From contig OZ024743.1 in the NCBI GenBank assembly GCA_964016885.1, positions 159,402,001 to 159,466,000 on the forward strand: a stretch of 64,000 nt of DNA, in the 5' to 3' direction. Both the position numbers and the translations under genes were made by a program. The DNA comes from Eledone cirrhosa (Eukaryota). Every line of letters starts with the position of its first letter. The first letter of the stretch is position 1. This document shows, in pieces, positions 32,261 through 47,068 of this stretch. Under the pieces are notes generated by a model, which saw only the letters and a program-made list of their open reading frames with translations, did not search any database and had not been told where the DNA came from.

Positions 32261-35200
32261 AAATATGCAAAACTTGAAAGATATGAGAATTTGCATGCAG
32301 ATATAAACGGCCGTAACTATATGGCAATGCTCCGGCATTTTAACAATAGTAATAATACCTCTTACCGTTTTTTGTTATAGAAATTGACGAAGGTTATTAC
32401 AAGAAAACGATGTCACCTTCCAAACTCAAGTGTCTCTTTAAAATGCGTAGTACTAGAAACAAGACATATTTGAAAGAGAATTTCAGTAAAATGATCTCAT
32501 TACCCACAAAATCAAACTGCATTATACCCTCGATTATACATCTTTGTGCTATTTATACTCTTGATTTAGATACTCCGGATGTGGAAACAATATATAGTTA
32601 CAATGTAATAAGTTATATATTATCTATTCTACATGGTTGTTGCATTTGTTGAATCAATAATTCAAACATATCAAATGTTCAGCCAAATCATAAGGAAAGA
32701 GATTGTAATAATGAGCCGTGCCAGAAATAGATACAAAATGTCTAGAAAAACAAACGAAGGAAATTATTTAGACTGAAAATGAATAAAAGGATCAATGAAG
32801 ATGCTTAACTTTCTAGAAACATAGGAAATCAGATCCAAAACAAAGACCTAAAAGAATAAACACAGTAAGTAACGTTAAATGGTTGATTTTAATGCTCCTT
32901 TCCCATATAAAAAAAGAAAGAAAGAAAAAACAAAAGAAATAGTACATACCACTACAATGGCTTTTCATGTATCTACTTTTAATATAGTAAATTGTAAAGT
33001 AAAGTTACTTTCGGAAACCAGAATTTAAATAGATGTTTACTGTCTATTCCTAAATAACACTTTGATTGTAGAGCCACACATTTAATAGGACATGAACATG
33101 AAATCAAAGGGAGAACCTTCAAATAATACAACTCGAAGACAACAAAAATAATACTCCGTGTTCAGAGAAACTAATATTTTGGAATAAACTATATAAAATA
33201 ATTTGAATCGATCCTGCAAATAAAAATGTACTAAAATTAGAAACTGAGTTAATGGTATTTCATAAAGATTTTACCAGTGAAAGATTTGTACGTCATAACT
33301 GTCTCGCCATAGTTACAAGAGCACTGCGGCTAATGAGAACATTGATGAACCTCAAAAGAAACATGCTTTCTGAACAACGTATAACACCAATATTAGTTGA
33401 TATCATAGAAAGATGTTCTTTTTTACCGCAAAATTTCGTTTACTTGATTTTTTGTTCATCTGAAAACAAGAACGCCATTTTATATTAAAGAAACCTATGA
33501 TAAACTATACCATCGACACAGATAATTAGTCGACTTAGGGTCATGAAAATCAATGCAAAAGAGAAATAAGTAATTCTGAATAGATGACCTATTAAGATTG
33601 CGGCTATGAGATAATTTGTCAATTACTGCAGCCTTTATTGTTAATACAATGCTGCGCAAATAATATTTAAGCCATTATATTCGTAGGTGTATTTGAAATG
33701 TCACTGATATAGAAAACAATTTATATGACTCTTGTATGAATTTAAACACTTTGCATTTCTAATGGACTTGCAAATGCTATTTGAAAAAAATAACATGGAT
33801 TGGCAAGTACGTGAGGCAACTTCAATATTTTTACATTAGGTTTTAATGCGCTTTGCATTCAATATGCTAATATTTATTTTATTATTTTTCATACGGATGA
33901 CAATTCTGAATTAATAGGTATAGTACATTAGCTATAGAAAAATAATCAGTATAAAGATTGAGTAATATGCAAAGGCATTTTAATGCAGAGCGTACATCTC
34001 ATTAAAACATTATTTGTATTACGACTGTGCACATTTTTCTCTCTAAGAATTGAAACATGCCTCTCAATTAATGACTTATGTGCTGATCACTGATACAAAA
34101 AACATTCATAAATAACTACTATATCAACCTCTTGATTTCATTCCTATCTGTTTAAACTCAATGAAATTATCTACTTAAAGAACATGACATTTTCTCTTTA
34201 TTTGTATAAAGGGATAAGTACTTCTAAACTGCAGATAGTGGCTGCATTTATGAATTGCCAGGAATACTTTTTTTTATAATGATCAGGAACGGCATTGATT
34301 AAGCAAATAGGCATGGATCAGATGTATTAATGATTTTGTTTTTAATTTGTAAACTTCTATAATTATTAGCAGTCTTCTTGTAGGGGAAACATTTAGCGGT
34401 GTGGCTTACAGTACTAATCTCTTGAGAAAATAAAATGAAGGAACAAAATTGGAGTAGTTATGACTTAATAGCCTTTGCTTCTATGTCTGCTCACTTATTG
34501 CCAACTTGGAGCGAAATAACTTTAACAACACAGATTTAATCACATCATATCATTGAGATTAAGACTACTCTCAATCGCACTATTTTGTCAGAAGAGAAAA
34601 GAAGGCAGATAGTAGTGTAAATGCGACTATTTATTCACATCCACTTCAACCTGGAAATGTTTGCTGTTACATTAGTAAGAGACATTAACAGGGTTAAGTG
34701 TTTGGGGATGACCTTAGTTCTTGAACTGATAACATCTGCTAGATGATGTAGAAATATTCTTTCCACCTCCAGTTAATCACTATAAAGTATTAATGTTGTG
34801 ATTCTATGAACAGTGTTAGTCATCTAGAGGAACTAATGTATGCCTATATATTATCGGCTATAAAACACTCACCCTTGTTAATGTTTTTCTCATGGACTCG
34901 TATGGTAGAGGCAATACATGATATTTCACGATCAAAGCAAGCAAAGGTGCATGACTGGATGTTAAGTCAATGATTTCGTTATTCAAGCTATTTAGTTTTG
35001 CGTTCAATCCAACTGTGCCACATCTTATTCTAATGCATTCTACTATAACATCCATGGACAAAATATTTGTGAAGGAGATTTGGGAGTAGAAATACATACA
35101 GACGTCCGTGGGGGAGAACCGTATGATCACTCAATATAATATTACCCTCTGTGTCCCATGGATTCCATTAGAAATGTTTTATCTGTTGCAAGAATTTGTA

Positions 35201-35423
35201 TTATGTCTCAAAGCCAAGGATAACCGACCCCGATTCTCTCTTCATTATCGGAGATCTCGAAAAGCGTCACGTATTCTGCCATTTCTTCTATCTATAAACC
35301 ATTAAACAAAGAAGATATTGAACGGAAAAGAACTAGTCGTACAGGGTTACAAATAAGAGGGAAATAGGAATTATAAAGTCTATCACTTTAAAAAAGTTAA
35401 GTACACAAAGACACGCAACCACA

Positions 35424-35465
<42 letters not shown>

Positions 35466-35468
<3 letters not shown>

Positions 35469-36376
35469 GGTGTTCGGGATAAATTTGACAGTTTCATCAG
35501 GAAAAAGAAAAAGTGCTTGGTATCTACAAAATTTATTTGATTTAAAAGAAATTCAATGGACAAGGAAATTACACTATTGTCAAAGAGTTTTACTCAAAAT
35601 AACCGCCATTAGCGTCTATTACAGCCTCAATCCGGGCCCAGAACCTGGAGCAAGCTGATTTTACACTTTCCCTGGGAAGGCCCTCAAAAACTACTTTAAT
35701 TCTGTCGATTAACTGGGCTTTTGCAGTACTGGCACGGCGATTGGTGTCTTTCTCTACAGCGCCCCATACATAATAGTCCATCGGGTTAAGATCAGGGGAG
35801 TTCGGAGGCCAAACATTGGGACTGGTGTAGTCGTAAAAATTGGCTGACAACCATTTTTGACTTTTCCACGAGGTGTGGCAGGGGGCCAAATCCTGCTGCC
35901 ATACATACGGCCTATTATTGGCTACCCTTGTTATCCAGGGCTTAACTACAGTGGTTAGCAATTCCACGTAGGCATCTGAATTCCAATGCCAGGGTCCTCC
36001 AACACTTTTTTCTGCAGATTTTCGATGAATTCTGCTGTGCGAGAGCAATCAGATCTTCTGTTATGTTTCTTTCTTCTAGCCACAGCCTCGTAGTCTCCAT
36101 TGCAATTCTTCAGTTCATGCCGGATTGTTTTTACAGTGTTCAGGGAGCATTGAGCAGCGACCATAATCTCCTTATTTTCATGGCCGGCGCGAATCATCAT
36201 GATATAAGTTATTCTCTTCCATGATTCAGGTGGCTCCCAGTCATCCATTCTCGTTGTCATCACATATATGAATGAAGGAGGGTTTAAACTTTCAAATAAA
36301 GCCTAGTGGGCATGAATAAATTTAAAACATCTGAAAAACAACCAAATATTATTCTGTCAAATTTATCCCGAACACC

Positions 36377-36379
<3 letters not shown>
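35466..36379 (-). mobile_element. Internally deleted Tc1/mariner transposon, DD37D (maT) type
   Basis: Perfect 26 bp TIRs CAGGGTGTTCGGGATAAATTTGACAG in (TA)n; QQD-x37-D with WPPNSPDLNPMDY; N-terminal HTH ORF 36263-35955; first catalytic D deleted. Confidence 0.93.
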
Positions 36380-36428
<49 letters not shown>

Positions 36429-36969
36429 ATACATGGGGAGGGTCATATTTGCGTAATATTGCCAGAATTAATAACAGAACACACTCACTGTTTGGTTGGT
36501 TTTCGCTTCCCGCTGTCTTTTATATCTGCGATCTAACTTACTCAGTCCTCAATGTTGCCATTGACTGACCGACGGTCAAAAATAATACAGATACAATATA
36601 GACACAAACACATATATATAGTTTACATAATTTACATAAATCTTTCGTTGCACATCTGCAACATCGTCAGTGGTGTTATATTTTTTCCTCCTGTTGTGTT
36701 GTATGTCTACGCCATTTTTTATTCAGTCTGTCTATATATTTATTTATTTATTTGCTTGTTTGTTTATTTTATTTTGTCTTCTTTGCGCATGCGTTTGCGT
36801 GTGTGTATAGTGTTATGTGTGCTGTGTGACTAGTGTGTATAGTGTTGTGTCTGCTGGGTGACTAGTGTGTGTTTATGTGCTTGTTGTTATTGTGCTTGTG
36901 TATGTATAACAATATCTGTTTCGACACTCGATTTCATATAAAAAACCTCGCTAAACTAATTCATCGCCG

Positions 36970-37060
<91 letters not shown>

Positions 37061-37064
37061 CCTA

Positions 37065-40000
37065 CATATTTATTAAAATAACAGATTAAAGTTTAAGCAA
37101 AGAATCGCTGCTTTCACCCTTAACGGGATCTTCTGAAACTAACAAAGTCAATCTGTAAACGCAGAACTGGATATTTCAAAAAACGTTGCAACCGGAGGAA
37201 GACAGGAAGACGATACTTTGGTTCGTGGGAACGTTCGCTGGCAAAGAACGGGAAAAAACGAATAATACGTCATTAATAGGAGCGGTGAAAAACAATTACG
37301 CGCAAAGACAGAACCACGTTTATGGTATAAAAGAGGTCGTAGACTAATGTTCTCTTAGGTGGTGCATAGAGAGGTTCTCTGGTAATGAACGAAAAAACGA
37401 AGATAATAAGTCATATGTGGAGCGTGGAGAACAATAGCACGCAAAGACAAAACCACGTAAATGGTATAGCAGATTATTTATTTATTTGTACACAAGCTTA
37501 CACACACACACATATTTATATGTGCGTGGTTTTGTATACTTTGGTAAGGTTTTGCGTATGCTTGTGTATGTACGTATCTGTTTGCGTGTATGTATTTATT
37601 TGTTTCTATTACTTCTGTATTGTATTTATTTACTTTGTTCTTAACTCTGTAGCGGAGATTCATTTGGTCTCCTAGTTAGAATTTTAGTCTACGACTTCTG
37701 CTATACCATTTACGTGGTTTTGTCTTTGCCTCAACCTGTATAGAGAGGTTGAAGTCTTTAAAGAAGGCTGTGAGTTCTTTTCTGAACCTGTCGCAAGCAC
37801 GAGGTCCGTACTTAGTCATGGTCAAAAGACCATCGTCACGGTACAAACCACCGCCCGCGTTGGGGAATTCGTCCTTGATAGAGAAAAGAAGGAAAAGGCT
37901 AATAAGATCTGTAACCTCCGCAGAGTCACTGGCGCCCATACTCACGTCGAATGGGGTACTATTGGATTTTTTAATCCAAATAGAGTCGTTGAAATTAATC
38001 ACCGACTTTCGGGCATTAAGGATGACATCAACTTCGAAATCCTTAACCACTGTGAGTGTTTTAGCGAAATTGATAGCTCTAAGGAGAAGTGGTAAAGTGA
38101 TGGAGGAGTAGTAATTGTTGATGTCGAATTGGATAAAACGGCAATGTTCCTTGTTACATATGCCGTTGAACCAATCAATCACCGCGAAAGAATTGTTCCA
38201 CAGTGCGATAGGGGCCAAACTTCTAATTTCAGGTATAATTCTATCAAGAATCGTTTTACTAAGTCTACCTAAATCGGACTTCGTAGGGTTAATAAGCCGA
38301 ATAGAGGGGTTGTTCGGAGAAATTAGAAGTTTGGCCCCTCTCGCACTGTGCAACAATTCTTTCGCGGTGATTGATTGGTTCAACGGCATATGTAACAAGG
38401 AACATTGCCGTTTTATCCAATTCGACATCAACAATTACTACTCCTCCATCACTTTACCACTTCTCTTTAGAGCTATCAATTTCGCTAAAACACTCACAGT
38501 GGTTAAGGATTTCGAAGTAGATGTCATCCTTAATGCCCGAAAGTCGGTGATTAATTTCGTCGACTCCATTTGGATTAAAAAATCCAATAGTACCCCGTTC
38601 GACGTGAGTATGGGCGCCAGTGACTCTGCGGAGGTTACTGATCTTATTGGTCTTTTCCTTCTTTTCTGTGTCAAGGACGAATTCCCCAACGCGGGCGGTG
38701 GTTTGTATCGTGACGATGGTCTTTTGACCATGACTAAGTGCGGACCTCGTGCTTGCGACAGGTTCAGAAAAGAACTCACAACCTTCTTTAAAGGCTTCAA
38801 CCTCTCTATACAGCTGAGGCCAATCTCTCGGTCGTTAATTACCTCGACGTTACCCTCAATTTATTGAATGGGTTGTATTACCCGTATAGAAAGCCGAATG
38901 ATACGCTTAATTACATAAGTAAGCATTCCAACCATCCTGCTAGCATAACTAAGAACCTGGTAAAAAACGTTTCGTTGAGGCTTTCACGTCTTTCCACCAA
39001 CGAGCGCATTTTCAACGACCATTCCACTTATTACAATGAAGCTCTTGCTCGATAAGGCAGCATATATAGAGTACGAAAATAGACCTAGAAGAAATAGATC
39101 CCGTCGCATTTGTTGGTTTAACCCACCATATAATATGGAGGTGGCCACACCATTAGCTAAGATCTTTCTTTCCCTTATTACGAAGCTTTTTCCCCCTACA
39201 CATAACTATAGTAAAAGTTTTAATAGAAATACTATTAAAATATTTTACTCTACGACTCCTAACCTTGCACATAACATCTAAGCTTCAAATTTAGCTAAAC
39301 TACCTAGCCGTAGGAACACGTGCAACCCTGTAGTTAGTACTAACTGTAATTGTAGGAATCGGGCTGATTGTCCCCTATCCGGGAAATGCCTCTCTAGTAA
39401 CATTGTCTAGGTTGTAACACCCACGTCCCGTAGGGCCTACATAGGGTTAACCGCCAATAGTTTCAAGCAGCGTCTTTACATGCATACCCATTCTTTTCGT
39501 TACCCTCTAAGAAGGAATATGACGTCACTTTCAGCTTATATCTGGAGTCTAAAAGACAACCACACCCAATATAAGTTACACTGGGAGATCCTAGTTAGGG
39601 CTAGATCGTATAACGGAAATAAAAGACCATGTGACCTCTGCGCCGCTGAGGCCCTGGAAATACTCTACGCGACAGACCACATCTTAAACAAATAATCTGA
39701 GGCAATTTCGGCTTGTAAACATAAATTGCACAAAACTCTCCTGTATTACAGCCCCACGTTATACCCTAACGGATAGCACGATCTATACGTGGATATTTTA
39801 CGTCTTGATGTGGGAGCTAAGTATATGTTTTGTTTATTCCTTTACTTATTTGCATAGGTAAGTATATATTACCCGTATGTTTTGTGAAGGTATGTATACC
39901 TTCTCGTACGTATATTTGACTGTTATGGCGTATAATTTTTACATATTCTGGTATTTAGGGTTTGGCTATGTGTATACGGGAGTTTTGCGTCTGCGTACGT

Positions 40001-40850
40001 ATGGTGGGTGTGTGTATATGTATACTTCTTGTTTTAGTTGACTTACGTCTCCGAACATTCGTGGATTTATTTGTAGGTATGTGTGTGCGCTTGTTATATA
40101 CGTATTTATTTACTTATATACATTTATATTATTATTTATTTATTTGTACACAAGCATACACACACACACATATTTATATGTGCGTGGTTTTGTATACCTA
40201 TGGTAAGGTTTTGCGTATGCTTGTGTATGTACGTATCTGTTTGCGTGTATGTATTTATTTGTTTCTATTACTTCTGTATTGTATTTATTTACTTTGTTCT
40301 TAACTCTGTAGCGGAGATTCATTTGGTCTCCTAGTTAGAATTTTAGTCTACAACTTCTGCTATACCATTTACGTGGTTTTGTCTTTGCGTGCTATTGTTC
40401 TCCACGCTCCACATATGACTTATTATCTTCGTTTTTTCGTTCATCGCCAGAGAACGTCTCTATGCACCACCTAAGAGAACATTAGTCTACGACCTCTTTT
40501 ATACCATAAACGTGGTTCTGTCTTTGCGCGTAATTATTTTTCACCGCTCCTATTAATGACGTATTATTCGTTTTTTCCCGTTCTTTGCCAGCGAACGTTC
40601 CCACGAACCAAAGTATCGTCTTCCTGTCTTCCTCCGGTTGCAACGTTTTTTGAAATATCCAGTTCTGCGTTTACAGATTGACTTTGTTAGTTTCAGAAGA
40701 TCCCGTTTAGGGTGAAAGCAGCGATTCTTTGCTTAAACTTTAATCTGTTATTTTAATAAATATTTGCTCTTCGGTTCTTATATATTTGATATATATTTTC
40801 TTTATCGAGCCCTCTTTGGATTTTAGTCTTCAATTTTATTATTATTATTA
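37065..40850 (+). mobile_element. Penelope-like element copy 4 with multi-segment inverted 5' end
   Basis: Plus-strand RT/EN remnants 38320-39775 (MGASDSAEV, GGLYRDDG, WFNPPY, CDLCAAE); inverted and direct copies of its own segments at 37065-38319. Confidence 0.92.
40689..40739 (+). ncRNA. HHR-like motif (CAGAAGA core variant); inverted duplicate at 37090-37140
   Basis: AGTTT-CAGAAGA-T CCC gttta GGG T-GAAAGCA..TGCT-T-AAACT; all three helices pair; U4 is replaced by A. Confidence 0.6.
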
Positions 40851-40981
40851 TATACATACACACATATATATATATATATATGCAAAAGTTTTATTTAAGA
40901 TTGTTGGGTTACAACGAGTAAATATTTTATAACTGATATAAAAGCACTCAACAGTTTCTGGAGTAGGTTTACGATATTAAT

Positions 40982-41842
<861 letters not shown>

Positions 41843-41924
41843 CACTATCTCTCTCTAGTGTGTTATCTTTTCAACATATTGTATTTTATATATATATATA
41901 TATGCAGATACAGTATATCTTGGC

Positions 41925-43532
41925 TGTCCATCGTAAACGATGATGACATCTTCCTTATATTAGTTCCTGTCTGCCATGGGCACGAAGGTGGCTGTGGATG
42001 CCGATCCTTGACTTGAAGGTCCGGGGACAGTGGGGGAAGAGGAAGAGACTAGAATCGCTTGGGGCAGCTGTTGATACATTTCTGCTCCTTTCACGAGCCT
42101 CAGTGACCTCTGCCCGTCTCTTCTCTTCAAAAGAGTCTTTGGCGCGTAAGGGCTCGCCACTCAGTCCTGTCCTGAGCATGAGACTCGAGTTGTTTTGGCG
42201 CGATTCCAGTGTTGTTGATACTGGACTTCACGCAGTCTTTGAAACTATTGAGAGGCCTGCCTCGCTTTTGTTTCCCCGAACAGAGTTCCCCATACATCAG
42301 TTGTTTCGGAAGCCTGTGATTGTCCATCCGGATGACATGTCCTACCCATTGAAGTTGGCTGTTCAGTATCATAGCTTCGACACTGGTTGTCTCAGCCATG
42401 TCAAGAACTTCGATGTTGGAGACCTTGTCCTGCCATATGATGTTCATGATTGACCGCAGGCTGCGCATGTGGTGCCGTTCCAGCTGCTTCAGGTGCCTTC
42501 TGTACAGCGTCCATAACTCACATCCGTAGAGGAGGCTGGTGAGAACAACGGCCCTGTACACTTTGAGCTTGGTGAACTGCCTGATGTTGTGCTGGTTCAG
42601 GACGCGTGTCCTCAGGCGCCCAAGGGCTTGACTGGCCTTGCAGATTCTGGCGTTTATCTCCTTGTCGAGGCTTCCATCGCTGCTGCTGACACTGCCGAGG
42701 TACTTGAAGTCGTCCACCATCTTTAGCTGGGTGCCGCCGATTGAGATGGAAGGTGGGTAGGCGACGGAGGCAGGTGGAGCTGGAACAGGACCTCAGTCTT
42801 GCCAAGGCTAATTGTAAGACCGCAGTGGCAGGAGGCCATCGCGAACTTGTTGACGATAAGTTGGAGGTCAGAGTCTCTGTGGGCAATGAGGGCACATTCG
42901 TCAGCAAAAGGTGCCTCCAGGACGATCCTCTGCGCGGTCCTTGTCTTGGCTGTCAGGCGCCGCAGGTCAAACAGGGAGCCGTCCAATCTGTATCGCAGAT
43001 ACACTCCGTGCTCGAGTTCCCTGACGGCATGATTGAGCACGCAGGTGAAGAACAGTTTGAAGAGGACGGGAGCCAGCACGCATCATTTCTTGACGCCATT
43101 GGTGATTCCGAACGGCTCCGATGCCTCTCTGCCCAAGCACACCTGCCCGGTCATGTCGTCATGGAATTGCCGTATCAGGTTCTCTAACTTTGTCGGCATC
43201 CAAACTTCGACAGGATCGACCAGAGGGCTTCTCTCTTGACAGTATCGAATGCCTTCGTCAAGTCTATGAAGACGGCAAAGAGATCCATGTTCTGCTCGAC
43301 ACATTTCTCCTGCACCTGGCGTACAGAGTATATCATGTCGATCGTGCTGCGGCAGGTTGTCCTCCGAGATGTTGGCAATGAGGCGGTTGAGCATGACCCG
43401 AGCCAGGACCTTCCAAGCGATGGACAGGAGAGAAATGCCCCGATAGTTGCCACAGTCAGTTTTGCTGCTTTTGCTCTAAAAAGCGAGACAACTGTGGCGT
43501 CCCTGAAATCTTTGGGCATCTCTTCTTCCTCC
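41925..43532 (-). mobile_element. 5'-truncated RTE-clade LINE (decayed)
   Basis: FIDLTKAFDTV, GVKK..LAPVLF, FADECAL, FKYLGS, LLYGCELW, HRLPKQLMYGEL..GRP, and C-terminal PHCPRTFKSRIGIHSHLRAH. Confidence 0.92.
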
Positions 43533-43538
43533 ATACAT

Positions 43539-43573
<35 letters not shown>

Positions 43574-43587
43574 GAAACACACACACT

Positions 43588-43619
<32 letters not shown>

Positions 43620-44930
43620 CATTTTATTAAGCCTAAATAATAAGTCTTAATGCTCTGAAGTTTCACCTGTTTATCAGAGACAAAACTGCTGAGTAACAAA
43701 ACTCACTAGTTAGCCAAAAAGATGAATATTAAAACTCTACTTCTGTATTGAGTACTATATATATCGACAGAAACACACAAATATATTTGAAATGATTTTA
43801 TTTGTTTTACATAATCAGTATTGGATTCAAAGGTAAGAGTATCAAAATGAAAGTTTATAAGCGTAACGCATTCATCATTAGTTTTTCTTCGGAAATAATG
43901 TATTAAATGTTATTTTATTTTAAACAGAAAGTAGCTTGTCCAGTTTAGGCGTGTTGTAGTTTGTTTGAAGTAAGGAGGTACATGAAAAGTGGTCATGGCT
44001 TGGAAGCGGCTACGGTTCAGATTGGGTTGTAAATATTTAGGCAATAAAATTGGGTAAGGAATAACAGAGGTGAGGTTGGGTGGAGAAGAGGAAGCACAAC
44101 CAGAATCAGAGATGTTATTTTGGAAATATTTAACAGACAGAATATATTTCAGATATCCTATTCATTATCAAGAAGAAATAAAGACTGGGACTAATAAGTA
44201 TTTCCAGAGTAGCATCATATCTTCTTGTGTTACTTCGCTTCTCTTCTCAACCTCACCTCTATCATTCCTCACCCCATTTTGTTCCATTAACATTTAGAAC
44301 TTCACTTGCATTGCAGCGGCCTCCAACGCATAACCAGTTTTAATATATATAACGTATGTCTTCCATTTAGTGGCTGGTGTGATCCATGTTTGGTTTACGA
44401 AATCGGAAATGTAGGTCAGGGGTTAGTTTAACGCAAATCATGTTTGCAGGTTTACAGTGTTTAATGTGTGTCTTCTTTCCGGGTTCTGGCAATCAACACT
44501 CATATTTACCCCCCCCCCCACACACAGACACGCACGCAAACACTCATATATTATATATATCTACTTATAAACTTATGTGTATGCGCATGTATGTGTGTGT
44601 ATATGTGCTTATGTATGTGTGTGTATGTACGTGTGTGTATTAGTGTTCCCGTATTATACAAAATGAAACTGCTCTGACAACAAATTTTCTCACAAATATA
44701 TAAAAATGAACATCAATTTCTATTGGTTAGTCTGAAATATGATGATATATGGAATGTTTTGGTTAACTTCGTGCTGGAATACATGGTAACGCAAATGCTA
44801 AACCGGCATTCACGGATTGAAGCTTACTTCTTCATTCACAAAAAATATTCTTAGAAACGGCATAACGTATCACCTTACGACTCTGTAACTGTTAATATAA
44901 GGAAAATAAGGGCACTTTTAAAACTTGATC

Positions 44931-45003
<73 letters not shown>

Positions 45004-45191
45004 GATAATTTAATATATCAACTAACATAAGCGCACAGATGCACGCCCATGTCAGCAAATACACAGGTTATGTCATAGTACCTAGGTGGTTCAATGCAGG
45101 AGAATGCAGAACAATAATATAAAGGACGTAAAATAAGAAAATATTTTTTTAAAAAAATTTTAAAAAAAATTTTTTTCTTACTTAAATTTTC

Positions 45192-45273
45192 ACTCCAACT
45201 AATTAGTTTCTGCAATGGGATAAAGACAGTTATGTAATCCAACTGTCGAGAATTCATTGCGTCATCAGGAAGT
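45192..45273 (-). ncRNA. Type I HHR in the repeat unit, antisense arm (also 45749-45830 and 46307-46388)
   Basis: Exact reverse complement of 46987-47068. Confidence 0.85.
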
Positions 45274-46986
45274 CTATTCTCAGTTAAGTCTCCAGGCAAT
45301 GCGCGGACACTGGCGGCTCATATAAAAATAATAATAATTCGGTAGATCGAACAGCTTGCGAGGACTGAATTCTATGTACCGAAATTCTCACTGCTTCAAG
45401 TCAAATGGCCGATTCTAAAGAATCAATCACGTGACACAGAGGCTAGTTAGAAGGAATGGGATGGTAAGATGACTGACGCCTACTAACACCCCAAAAAAAA
45501 TTTTTTAGAAGTGGTTTTGACAAGTTTGCTCGACAAATCAGTGATTTGGAGATAAATATAGATAATTTAATATATCAACTAACATAAGCGCACAGATGCA
45601 CGCCCATGTCAGCAAATACACAGGTTATGTCATAGTACCTAGGTGGTTCAATGCAGGAGAATGCAGAACAATAATATAAAGGACGTAAAATAAGAAAATA
45701 TTTTTTAAAAAAAATTTTAAAAAAAATTTTTTTCTTACTTAAATTTTCACTCCAACTAATTAGTTTCTGCAATGGGATAAAGACAGTTATGTAATCCAAC
45801 TGTCGAGAATTCATTGCGTCATCAGGAAGTCTATTCTCAGTTAAGTCTCCAGGCAATGCGCGGACACTGGCGGCTCATATAAAAATAATAATAATTCGGT
45901 AGATCGAACAGCTTGCGAGGACTGAATTCTATGTACCGAAATTCTCACTGCTTCAAGTCAAATGGCCGATTCTAAAGAATCAATCACGTGACACAGAGGC
46001 TAGTTAGAAGGAATGGGATGGTAAGATGACTGACGCCTACTAACACCCCAAAAAAAATTTTTTTAGAAGTGGTTTTGACAAGTTTGCTCGACAAATCAGT
46101 GATTTGGAGATAAATATAGATAATTTAATATATCAACTAACATAAGCGCACAGATGCACGCCCATGTCAGCAAATACACAGGTTATGTCATAGTACCTAG
46201 GTGGTTCAATGCAGGAGAATGCAGAACAATAATATAAAGGACGTAAAATAAGAAAATATTTTTTAAAAAAAATTTTAAAAAAAATTTTTTTCTTACTTAA
46301 ATTTTCACTCCAACTAATTAGTTTCTGCAATGGGATAAAGACAGTTATGTAATCCAACTGTCGAGAATTCATTGCGTCATCAGGAAGTCTATTCTCAGTT
46401 AAGTCTCCAGGCAATGCGCGGACACTGGCGGCTCATATAAAAATAATAATAATTCGGTAGATCGAACAGCTTGCGAGGACTGAATTCTATGTACCGAAAT
46501 TCTCACTGCTTCAAGTCAAATGGCCGATTCTAAAGAATCAATCACGTGACACAGAGGCTAGTTAGAAGGAATGGGATGGTAAGATGACTGACGCCTACTA
46601 ACACCCCAAAAAAAATTTTTTTAGAAGTGGTTTTGACAAGTTTGCTCGACAAATCAGTGATTTGGAGATAAATATGTTAGTTGATATATTAAATTATCTA
46701 TATTTATCTCCAAATCACTGATTTGTCGAGCAAACTTGTCAAAACCACTTCTAAAAAAATTTTTTTTGGGGTGTTAGTAGGCGTCAGTCATCTTACCATC
46801 CCATTCCTTCTAACTAGCCTCTGTGTCACGTGATTGATTCTTTAGAATCGGCCATTTGACTTGAAGCAGTGAGAATTTCGGTACATAGAATTCAGTCCTC
46901 GCAAGCTGTTCGATCTACCGAATTATTATTATTTTTATATGAGCCGCCAGTGTCCGCGCATTGCCTGGAGACTTAACTGAGAATAG

Positions 46987-47068
46987 ACTTCCTGATGACG
47001 CAATGAATTCTCGACAGTTGGATTACATAACTGTCTTTATCCCATTGCAGAAACTAATTAGTTGGAGT
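46987..47068 (+). ncRNA. Type I HHR in the repeat unit (also 47545-47626 and 48103-48184)
   Basis: ACTTC-CTGATGA-C GCAATG..GACAGTT/AACTGTC..CATTGC A-GAAACT aatt AGTT-GGAGT; intact core, three helices, GUU site. Confidence 0.85.

Noticed and set aside
33275-35130. Possible minus-strand host exons (acceptor near 33460, donor near 34870)
   Set aside because: The first has stops in all frames; the second has no acceptor or recognisable homology. Not supportable without RNA data.
43651-43715. HHR-like fold upstream of a GTATTGAGTACT motif
   Set aside because: Both core segments are mutated; kept only as supporting context.
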